DNA of 24,752 nucleotides from a virus (taxonomy: Duplodnaviria > Caudoviricetes), in the IMG/VR virus record IMGVR_UViG_3300025108_000363, positions 1-24,752 of that record. The stretch is one strand, 5' to 3'. Positions 9,101-18,400 of this stretch are shown in pieces. Each line of letters starts with the position of its first letter. Positions within the stretch are counted from its first letter, which is position 1. A model generated the notes under the pieces. It made no database searches. It was given only the letters and a program-made list of their open reading frames with translations, and had not been told where the DNA came from. A program made the position numbers and the translations under genes.

Positions 9101-9455
9101 AGGTAGAAATGGCGGAGTATTTGAGCAAGGCAAGAAACAAAATAGCTATAGAAGTGGCGGGGTTGCGAAAGGGTCTCAAGGAGGCTATCCCGCAATGTTG
9201 CATGGTACAGAAGCAGTAGTACCTCTACCTAACGGCAGATCTATACCTGTTGAAATGAAAAATACTGGAGGAAATGTTTCAAACGTAACTGTAAATGTTT
9301 CAACCGAAGCGGGTAATACAAGTGCTCAAACAGAGCAAAACGATGGTGGAATGGACCAAGAGCGTTTAGGAAAAGCCATTGCAGTTGCCGTACAAAATGA
9401 ACTACAAAATCAAAAACGATCGGGCGGTATACTTAACCCATATGGAGTAGCATAA
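6192..9455 (+). CDS. Tape measure protein
   Basis: 1087 aa, Ala/Lys/Glu-rich and helical with hydrophobic segments. C-terminal GGVAKG...LHGTEAVVPLPNGRSIPV...VQNELQNQKRSGGIL is of the lambda-like TMP type. Canonical gene position. Confidence 0.93.
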   Translation: MADTITVKFKVMEDGSLKAIGKDADKAAAALDKTSKSARTADRNIKGAAQASANGTKNFSKMAQGMGGLVGAYATFAASVFALSAAFNFLKNAADVALLEQSQVQFAQNSGIAMESLTNKLRAASKGMLDFQSAAAASAMGLAKGFSSEQMDEMAEGALKVSNVLGRNFTDSFDRLTRGVSKAEPELLDELGITLKLETAKRKYAESLGISADALSSADASQAVYLETMEQLNKVVGDAEGQANPFMQLAATFNDLAKTLSGFILPPFEALAGFLNKNAAVAALFFGAIGMGIIKNMPFVAEAKEAISSFFDSQEQKADEAKSAMAAYAEEIKKTKQAAASLREEGGAEVKSGASKAVEAGSTSKVLARAASGEMKGADKSNLKKALKSAEKQYKEHGKITKGIFKDVGIDIAREIGNGLKKTETQTRSTGQKINGFFKRIQLRSKVVGTALKRGLAGGFKAVGRAATMAGKAMNMAMKGTVILGIIQMIYDMIMAVVNAPRTMLDGIIKGIKFALKMIQGMANMAISLVNYLKEQLNKIPGVKLEMSEDFTFGDDLGKKIEEGIKNSSIYKAADAHQTAREEALGYKDSLEQIRNTAKDLGKELDTITKGKVFDKDAVNSAGEKTYDPLKADRAKANTMQSLPVLDMMRELDELLPRLEKNELGEMIPKGDAELYSQGLKKIGLEMQGLEKISPAFHKAVISGNTAAVQEMTENAGKFNRNIEEAHNQLGNMSSALKGASSEAVLSYVTNIEKLGTSAEDAGKSLGLTSDVQKKIDERFKAAGGVDQYIENLRAVEAEEKRIANEKSVNAIAKVDAGANLNSAFGQREQLEIAHKEAILALDEKHAALAKLKNEDVLIMDQVQQEIHQKAMEQGQREIELAEAKRDAAKKAADEMAQMGLKIGDSLQSNMESAFNSLIDGTKSAKEAFADMAKAILADIAKMITKMLVMKMLESALGGTSFGNFLGIDGGRNGGVFEQGKKQNSYRSGGVAKGSQGGYPAMLHGTEAVVPLPNGRSIPVEMKNTGGNVSNVTVNVSTEAGNTSAQTEQNDGGMDQERLGKAIAVAVQNELQNQKRSGGILNPYGVA

Positions 9456-9853
9456 TGACTGTAGGTTTTAAATATTTAGGACAAAACTACGCAATTCCTG
9501 ATAAAGGATTAAACAGGCAGAGTAAGCACAATGTTGCTGTTGCAAGGTTTGGAGACGGTTATGAGCAACGAATAGTTAGAGGCTTAAACTCTATAGGGGA
9601 AACATATAACCTACAATTTCAACACAGAGAGAAAGAGTTCATTGACGATGTTGTTAATTTTTTAGATGGTAAAAAAGGCGTAACAGCTTTTTCTCTAATT
9701 ATTCCAGATTCAAATGTAACTTCTGACCCTGCAGGTGATGCAGGTGTAGGAGAAAGAGAAATTAAAGTAGTTTCTGATACGTACACAACTACATATTTGT
9801 ACGGAAACTTTTATTCATTAACCGTTAGCGTAAGGCGAGTATACGAAGCATGA
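9455..9853 (+). CDS. Distal tail protein (lambda gpM-like)
   Basis: ARFGDGYEQRIVRGLN and FLDGKKGVTAF motifs; 132 aa, directly after the tape measure gene. Confidence 0.88.
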   Translation: MTVGFKYLGQNYAIPDKGLNRQSKHNVAVARFGDGYEQRIVRGLNSIGETYNLQFQHREKEFIDDVVNFLDGKKGVTAFSLIIPDSNVTSDPAGDAGVGEREIKVVSDTYTTTYLYGNFYSLTVSVRRVYEA

Positions 9854-11004
9854 CCAATTTAATAGCAACAGACGTACAAGGCACTACAGTCGATAGTGGC
9901 GTTGTTAGTCTCTTCGAAATAACACTACTTCAGAGTGGTAATACTTTTTACTTTTGTGAAGGTATTGGAGACGACCTTGAAGATATACAGATGAGGGACA
10001 AAGAAGTTCCTTCAAATGTACGTACCTATAAAGCTATCCCTATGACGATTGAAGGCGTAGAAGTTACCTCAACAGGTGCGTCCGCACGACCCACAATAAC
10101 AATAGCCAATGTGAGCTCCCTTCTAAAAGATACTCTAGGTGTCACAGATTATGATGAAGTAGTGGGCGCAACAGTTGTTCGTAGACAAACTATGCAAAAA
10201 TATCTTTACGGAGAGTCTGGAGACGCCAGCCCTCCGGTAGAGATGCCCACTTTAAAATACAGAGTTGATAGAATTGCTGGAGAAACTCAATTGGCAATAA
10301 AGTTTGAGCTAGCTGCTGTATACGACCTGGAAGGTGTAACTATACCCCGACGCAGGGTCGTAGGTAAGTTCTGCAGTTGGATGTATCAAGGACAAGCTTT
10401 AGAACAGAATGGGGGTTGTGTCTGGAGAGCAGATAGTGTTGTACGAGCAAGATCCTCCACAATACCTTCTTCCCCTCCGTATAACTATAATATATTCTAT
10501 AACGCGAAAGATCAGCCTTTACTAACTCAGACTCTTTTAAATGGAGTATCGAACTGGGCTTCCGGAGCCTCCATAACACAAGGATCTTATAGAAAGTACA
10601 ATAATAAATGGTATAGAGCACAAGTAGGGCATACTAGCAGTAGCGGTAATGACCCCGAAGAAAATGATGGAACTTGGGTAGAAGCACTAGGATATTCCAC
10701 CTATAGCTCCTCTACTACTTATACAGAAGGGGCTTTAGTCAAGGCCGATGTCACTACTGTTAATAGTGTAGTTATAACCACGGTATGGAGGTCTTTACAC
10801 TCGGGCAATATAAATAATGCTCCTACTCTTAACTCTCCGCATTGGATTAGAGAAGAAATGTGTGGAAAAACTTTACATTCTTGTAAGTGTAGATACGGGG
10901 CGACTTTAATAGGAGATAACTCAAGCGGTGTAAAAATAGATGCAAAAACAGACAGCTCTGCTGTTTTACCTTTTGGCGGTTTCCCTGGCACAGTAAAGTT
11001 TTAA
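9850..11004 (+). CDS. Tail tip protein L (lambda gpL-like) with an internal insertion
   Basis: ARPTITIANV, FELAAVYDLEGVTIPRR, Cys motifs CSWMY...GGC and CGKTLHSCKCRYG, and terminal LPFGGFPG. Confidence 0.88.
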   Translation: MTNLIATDVQGTTVDSGVVSLFEITLLQSGNTFYFCEGIGDDLEDIQMRDKEVPSNVRTYKAIPMTIEGVEVTSTGASARPTITIANVSSLLKDTLGVTDYDEVVGATVVRRQTMQKYLYGESGDASPPVEMPTLKYRVDRIAGETQLAIKFELAAVYDLEGVTIPRRRVVGKFCSWMYQGQALEQNGGCVWRADSVVRARSSTIPSSPPYNYNIFYNAKDQPLLTQTLLNGVSNWASGASITQGSYRKYNNKWYRAQVGHTSSSGNDPEENDGTWVEALGYSTYSSSTTYTEGALVKADVTTVNSVVITTVWRSLHSGNINNAPTLNSPHWIREEMCGKTLHSCKCRYGATLIGDNSSGVKIDAKTDSSAVLPFGGFPGTVKF

Positions 11005-11006
11005 TT

Positions 11007-11705
11007 ATGTTACAGTTTTTAGATGAAATAGAAAAACATTTTAAACAGAATTATCCACGAGAAGGGTGTGGTTTGCTAGCTGTCGTTAAGGGTGAGTTAC
11101 AGTGGTTTCCTTGTACTAATGTTGCGGAACATGAAGACGATTTTATACTAGATTCCACAGAGTATTTAAACATATCACGAAAAAGTGATATAGTAGGAAT
11201 AGTGCACAGTCACCCTGATGCAAGCTGTGACCCGAGCGAGTCAGACATAAAGCACTGTAATGCTATAGGGATTCCTTACTACATATTTAGTTATCCTGGT
11301 ATGGATGTTCACGTACAACAGCCTGAAAAAGAATCTAAACCTCTTTATGGTAGAGAGTATGAATTTGGCGTTTCTGATTGCTTCGAAGCAATGAGAGACT
11401 ATCTAGCTTCACAAAATATAGACATACCTTCTCGTGCTGCTTTCGAAGACGATTGGTGGGAGAAGAAACTAGATTACTTTACAGACGAAATAATTCAAGA
11501 TTATGGGTATAAGCCCGTAGAAGGAAATATGGAAAAGAACGATGTTATTATATTCACAGTAAATGCCTCTGTAGGTAATCACTGTGGAGTTTATTTAGGG
11601 GAGGATATTTTTTATCACCACGCAGACAGTAGATTATCATGTAGAGAGAATCTATATCCATTTTGGAAAAAGTACATAACAGGAGTATATCGCCATGATG
11701 CGTAA
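11007..11705 (+). CDS. Tail tip assembly protein K (lambda gpK-like; JAB/MPN plus NlpC/P60)
   Basis: YPREGCG and HSHPDASCDPSESD form the JAMM motif. FGVSDCF, NHCGVYLG and YHH supply the NlpC/P60 catalytic residues. Confidence 0.92.
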   Translation: MLQFLDEIEKHFKQNYPREGCGLLAVVKGELQWFPCTNVAEHEDDFILDSTEYLNISRKSDIVGIVHSHPDASCDPSESDIKHCNAIGIPYYIFSYPGMDVHVQQPEKESKPLYGREYEFGVSDCFEAMRDYLASQNIDIPSRAAFEDDWWEKKLDYFTDEIIQDYGYKPVEGNMEKNDVIIFTVNASVGNHCGVYLGEDIFYHHADSRLSCRENLYPFWKKYITGVYRHDA

Positions 11706-12396
11706 CGTATATTTACAAGGAGAACTAGGCGAACAGTTTGGTTCTGTTTTTAGAATAAATGCGACTAATTATACTGAAGTATTTAAATGCATTAATGCGA
11801 ATAGACCTGATTTCTTGGCTTATGTCAGAGAATGTCATGACAATAATATAGATTTTGCTGTAGATACTGCGGGCGAGCAAACAAGTGAAGAGGATCTTTT
11901 AACGCCTTTGAAAGAAGGAGATGTGACTATAGCAATTATTCCCGCAGGGTCTAAATCAGCCTTCGGAAAAATACTGGCAGCTATTGCTATAATAGCAGTT
12001 CTTTACTTTGCTCCCGTTTTAGGAACAGAAGCAGCAAGCCTCGCAGGGATTACAGGTAGTATTGGTGGCTTGACAGCAGTAAGTGTCGCACTAAATCTAG
12101 CAATGGCAGGGATTAGTCAAATGATGGCTCCCGATCCTTCTGTAGATGGAGAAGGTCCGGAAAATTATGCGTTTAACGGGAACGCACAAAATATACAAGA
12201 AGGTGATCCTATTCCCATACTCTATGGAAGACTAAGAGTGCCAGGCAGACCTGTAAGTATAGATATTCAAAATGCATCAGGATATAGAAGAAATACAGGG
12301 GCTATTTTTGGAGGAGACGGCTCAATAACAACCACCTCTAGTAGTACAATATCACATCATAAAAAGACAGGCTCTAAAAAAGCCCACGAACGGTAG
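11695..12396 (+). CDS. Tail tip assembly protein I (lambda gpI-like)
   Basis: VYLQGELGEQFG ubiquitin-like N-terminus, a central hydrophobic Gly/Ala segment, and NYAFNG...EGDPIPILYGRLRV. Confidence 0.9.
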   Translation: MMRNVYLQGELGEQFGSVFRINATNYTEVFKCINANRPDFLAYVRECHDNNIDFAVDTAGEQTSEEDLLTPLKEGDVTIAIIPAGSKSAFGKILAAIAIIAVLYFAPVLGTEAASLAGITGSIGGLTAVSVALNLAMAGISQMMAPDPSVDGEGPENYAFNGNAQNIQEGDPIPILYGRLRVPGRPVSIDIQNASGYRRNTGAIFGGDGSITTTSSSTISHHKKTGSKKAHER

Positions 12397-12405
12397 GAGA
12401 TAAAA

Positions 12406-15400
12406 ATGAGACATGGCGGAAATGGTTGGGGTGGCACAGGTAATTCTGGTAATTCTAATCCAGGAGGTACAGGCACATCCAGCAATAATGCTGCTACAAT
12501 TAGTACAAGCGCTCAGGATGCACAGCTTGTTTCTATTACAGATGTTATTTCAGAAGGCCCCATACTAGGTTTAGTAGACGGTTCGGCTTCTGTATTCCTG
12601 AATAATGACAGAATTCACGAAGTATCTGCGTCAGGGCAACGTGTATCTCACGGCCCTATGACTATCACTCTTACTAATGGGTCTACTTCAGCAACAATTA
12701 ATAATGCAACTTCTACTACTCCCTTGGTTGTGAATGCCTCATTAGGAGCGCAGTTATTAATACGAGGAGGAATGCTAGCGGAAACAAGCGTAACAAGTAG
12801 TTACGATACTAGACATAAAGTAAGTTTATCTACTTCTTCGAGTACTTTTACCCAAACTATGGTTAGCGCACTCGGTCAACGAGCAAGACCAGATAGTTTA
12901 GTTCCTGGGCGTATTAAACCAACCAGCAGTACTAGTACTCCAGACGGCCTTCCTATAGAAGGTTTTATATGGCGTAGAGTTAGCGGTACCGAGGCTCTTT
13001 GGAGATCAGGTTCTTTTGGTGATTATAACGATTTTAGACTCGACGACGGAACGTACAAGCTAGAACTAGATAAAATAGTAAGTATAAATCCGGGAGGTGC
13101 TAATGGCTCAGCTATAACACTTGCAAGTGCTTGGGACGGAACATCGGGGACATATAGATGGGATAAAATAAGTGTAGTTAATATGGATATCTCTGAGGTA
13201 GGCACTAGGGCTTCTCAGCGAGTACAGGGTGGTACTGTTAGTTTTAGACCAGGCACACTAAACCAAACTCCCATGAATAACAAAGCCTCTACTGCAATTA
13301 GTAGAAGTATTAGCGAACAACTGGAGGTGGGGACTCCTCGATTTTTAGTGGGGAGTGGTAACTGTGGTCTTACAGAAGCTCAGCTTCTGGAAGTGGACAA
13401 AGTAAGATGGCGTATTACTTATCCTGCAGGATTTAAAGCGATCAGTGGTAAAGGCAATGATAAGACTACTTACATACGGTATAAAATAAGTATAGCAATA
13501 AAAGAAGAAGGAGACTCTGATTTCGGAGGCTTCACTGTTATTAGAAACCCTCTAACTCATAGTGGTAACTATACTAACTCTAAAACTTTTGAAAGCGACT
13601 TAAATCTTGAAAGATTTCGCCCTTTTATAGACTTTAAACTAAAAATAGAAAGATTAGACACGGATGATGATCCAGGTTTTAAATCTGTAGGAAAAACTTA
13701 CAAAGACTGGACAAATGTTACTGCAGGCGCCTTAGCAGGAGTGACTTCTGTTCTAAATGAAAAACTTAACCACCCTTATACTGCTATATCTAATGTTTCT
13801 TTTAGCACAAAGCAGTATCAAGGTATACCTCAAAGAACTTATGATCTATACGGTAAAATGGTTAGAGTACCTTCAAACTATGTTACAAGAGAAGAGGCAA
13901 CTAATGGAGTAGCTTCTTATAATAGAAATACAAGCACGGGAGTTATTACTAGCAATTACCAAGACTGGGACGGAACTTTTCGAGATGAATTAGTTTATAG
14001 TAACAACCCTGCTTGGATTTATTATGACATTATTACTAATAATAGATATGGTTTGGGTTCCTTCATTAAAGAAGTGGATATAGATAAGTATGCTCTTTAT
14101 CGCGTTGCAAGATATTGTGATGGCCTGGTTCCTGATGGAAAAGGAGGACTAGAGCCTAGGTTTACATTAAATACCTACTTAACAAAAGCGGCAAATAGTT
14201 ATAAAGTTCTTAAAGATTTAGCAACTAACTTTTTAGGCTTGCTTTACTACTTAGATGGACAGCTTTATACCTCTCTTGATGCTCCAGCAGCTCCGGTCTA
14301 TACATTCAATAAAACTAATGTAATAGATGGTACATTTAGCTACGAGAGTTCTTCGGAGAAAACTAGAAGCAATCAAATTATTGTAAACTGGAATGACCCA
14401 ACAAAAGACTATAAGATGGAGCCTTTAATCGTTGAAGATGAGCGAAATATAGTCAATACAGGCAGAATTGTATCTGAAACTGCAGTTGCTTTCGGCTGTA
14501 CCTCAGAAGGGCAAGCTACAAGATATGGTAAATGGAAGCTATGGACAGCAGCAAACCAAAAAGAAATAGCTAGCTTTTCTGCAAGCCTAGAGGGTGCATT
14601 TGTAGCTCCTGGTGATATAATCAATATCCAAGATGCGGATAGATATGCTGTAAGATTAGGCGGGCGAGTTTCAAATACAGGAACTCTTAGCACTACCACT
14701 ATACCTTTAGACTCTACTGTTCTTTTGAATTCAGGGTCTACATATACTCTAAGCTTGGTATACCCTAAGCCTGCTGCATTTACTCGAGAAGCTGTTACTA
14801 TAGGCGGAGTTAGTTATGAGGCAGGAGATTTAATACATCAAGCTTATGTTAATGGTTCTTTAACAGTAATTGATACTAAAGAAAAGTCTGTAAATGCTAA
14901 AGTATCTGCATCTTCCGGAGCTGAACCTTTAATACTTGACTTCAATGCTAATGTACGAACAGAAACAAAAGATGTAACTTCTAGTCAAATTGGAAGTTCT
15001 GTAACTTCTATCACTGTGACCTCTGCATTTACAGAGGCTCCTACTAGAGAATCCTTGTGGGTTCTTCAAGAGACAAAAACTGGTCTACAAGTAAAAGGAT
15101 CTAAAAAAGAATACAAAGTTTTATCTATCTCTGAAAACTCTGGTAATGTCTATGATATAACGTGTATTGAACATTATGATAGCAAGTGGACTTCTGTAGA
15201 AGAAGATTTTACTACCTACATACAAGGAGACTTAGAGCCTTCTCTGCTAAGCACAGATGTTGTTCCGCCTGTCGAAAACTTGATAGCAAGAAGTCACGGC
15301 AGAGATAATGGTACAGCCCATGAAACCTTACTTGTTTCTTGGGATCCACCAGGAGCAGCGCAGGCTTACGTTAGAAGCAGTACCGGAGGTAGACATAATC

Positions 15401-18400
15401 AGACGATTAGTGAAGAGTACGAATACTTGCTTGGCTATCTAGTAGAGCACAATTTACCTGAATATGAAAATCCTATGAGGGTAAGCAGAGACACAACCGA
15501 ACTTTTATTTTCGGATTTAGTTGCAGACGACTATACAATAACCGTAAGAACAATTAATGCGCTAGATAATGTATCAGAAGCAACTAGTGTTCAAGCGACT
15601 ATAACTGATCGTTTCCAAGATGCTATACCTAGATTCCCTTTAGGTCTTCCGTACGGTGGTAAATCTAATGTTGCTATAAAAGCAATAAATAGTAATGCAA
15701 GCGACGCAGACTACGGGTTATTCGAGCTAGCAAAAGATGTTTACATATTTACTCCTGCTCAATCAAACGGATTCGGAATAAATCAGACTTCGACAGCAGA
15801 TTCTACATATAAGCAAGATGTATCAGGAATTGCAGAAACAACTGCGGTACTTTCTTCAGAGACGGGTACTTTTATTGATAGGCATTATTATATGTCTTTA
15901 AATTCCGCTGTATCTTCTGATAACCTTACACTGCTTAAATATAATAAAACACCAACCCATCTTGTTCCATACTGGTACGATGCAGGAAATGGTAGCGATA
16001 CAAGTGGTTTAACGAATCTTACTGGTAGTGTAAGTGTGTCAGGTTCTACGGTTACAGGCTCGGGCACAAGCTTCGAGTCTGAGCTAGTAGTAGGGGCGCT
16101 TCTACAAACAGCATTTAATACAGCAGCTATAGTTACTTCAGTAGTTAGTGATACAGCTGTGTATATTGATAGAGTTTTACCTACTGTATCAGGCGTAACA
16201 GGTAAAACAAACAATCATAGATTTGATTTTGATAATGAAACTATTATTGCTAAAATATACGCTACAGATAACGGAACAACTAATAAAGTATTCTCTCTGG
16301 AACCTTATATGACATTGGACGCAAATGTCCAAGCACAACAAGGTGTTACTAGAACTCTATTTAAAAGAGTAGTAAATAATGGAGCAGCCGGCACTATTAA
16401 TACTACTGCAGGTACTTTTGACGACCCTGCAAATGGAGCAGCCACAGGGTGGCAGTTAGCAAATCCTGGACTACAAGCCAATGGCGATATTATTTATGCT
16501 ATAAATCGTATCTTTACCAACGATGGTTTACCTCCTCAAGAGGCTAGTTGGTCAGCCGCTTCTATTGTTGCAAGACGGCAAGATGGTGCGGCAGGTAATA
16601 ATGCAAAAGTAGTATCTTTGCGAGCCAGTCAGTCAGTTATAGAATATGCAGCAAATGGTACTACCTCGTCAGGTCAAACTATTACTCTAACTGCGGAGTC
16701 GAAAAACTTCGACAATGCCTATTTTAGGTTCACAGCAGACGATAGTTCTTTCACTACAGTAGATTGGGTTGATGGAGCTACTGCAAATAGTAAAACAGCC
16801 ACCTACAATATACCTACAAGTTATAGCTCAGATCCTATTACTTTCACAGTAGAAGTTAAAGATGGTAATTCAGGCAGTCTTGAAGCTACAGATGTTCTTA
16901 CTATTCCTTCGATTAAGCCTGGTGTGAATGGAAACCCAGGAGCCCCCGGAAACCCAGGAGACCCAGGAGACCCAGGAGACCCAGGAGATGATGGACAAGA
17001 TGCACTGACTGTAGTTATGAGTAACGAAGCTCATGCAGTCCCTAGAAGCTCTACAACCTCCAACCCTGACTTTACAGGTTCGGGAAATACTATTAGAGTA
17101 TTTGAGGGTATAACAGAACTAGACCATGATAATGCAGGCACCACCGCCTCTCACTATAAAGTTGTTACTACAGGTTCTACAAATATTACTCCGGGCGGTT
17201 TAACAGGCGAAAGTTCCGCTGTTCTTTCAGCAACTTTCGGCAATCATAGTAATATGACAGCAGCTACGGCTCTCGTAAAATATACTATAACAGGTAAGCG
17301 AGCAGACGGAACAGCTTTCTCTATCGTTAGATTCCAGTCTTTAACTCGAACAACCGATGGAGCTCCTGGTACTCCCGCTACAGACGAAAAAACAGTTATA
17401 GTCTATAAAAAATATGCCGCAGGAGTAACAGCACCTACAGCAATTACATTTACTTCTGGTAACAATGCAACAAATCAAACCCACTCAAATCCTACAAATG
17501 GACTAGATGGCTGGACTGTTGCTTATCCTTCTATAAGTGTTGAAGGCGATCGAGTTTATTCAGGGCAAAGAACTTTTACGTTAACGGGCGGTGACAGCGC
17601 GTGGACTTTCAACGGAAAAGTTGCAGAAATAAACACAGGCCCAAGAACGGCTACAGTACAGTTGCATTATTCTGCTTCAGCGTCAGCTCCTCCTGCAAAG
17701 CCAACTACTGCCAATACTCACACATTTAACTTTGCAACTAGTACTTTTGGGACTATAAAAACTGGATGGCAGCATGGAGCACCAACCTATGCTTCGGGTA
17801 ACTCTAATAAATACTACTACTCTTTTGCTACTATTACCGAGTCTTCTTTTGGCGGTTCTCAAACTATAACTTTCGGTAATACAACTCAAGCTATAGGATT
17901 CTCAGGTCTGGTTACGTTTACTTCAGCGGGTGTGTTAGGAGATGGTAATTCCAGCATCACGCCTCTTACCACTCATCAAGATGTAAGTAGTTTTATGGAA
18001 GCAGCAGATGTCGCAAATCATATTGGTGGAGCTAACACCTCAACTATTGATGGCGGTAAGATAAACGCAGGCAGCTCTGTCACAGTAGGAACTACCGGAA
18101 CTAACCGAGCAGGATTATCAGGAGTAGGAAATAACGAAACCGATATTAGAGTTTTTTCGGGAGCATCTTTTGCTAACAGAGGAACAGCACCTTTTAGAGT
18201 AACACAAGCAGGTGAATTTAGGTCTTCTACCGGTATTATAGGCGGATTTACGTTTGGTGATGATGCTATGACCACTAGCCAGGATACGATATTAAGACTC
18301 GGTTCTGATTTAGGAAATAACATAGATCAAAGTGTAACTTTATCTTCTAGAGCTGAAGATGATTATGTTATCTATGCTGGTCATGCTCCTACAGATAATG

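Noticed and set aside
11007-11705. JAB domain plus ubiquitin-like gpI as a bacterial ubiquitination or defence system
   Set aside because: Gene order M-L-K-I-J identifies these as the ordinary lambdoid tail tip assembly genes, and no E1 or E2 genes are present.
12330-12500. Low-complexity gpI C-terminus and Gly/Asn/Ser-rich gpJ N-terminus
   Set aside because: Flexible Gly-rich or basic termini are usual at the I/J junction, so this is not distinctive.
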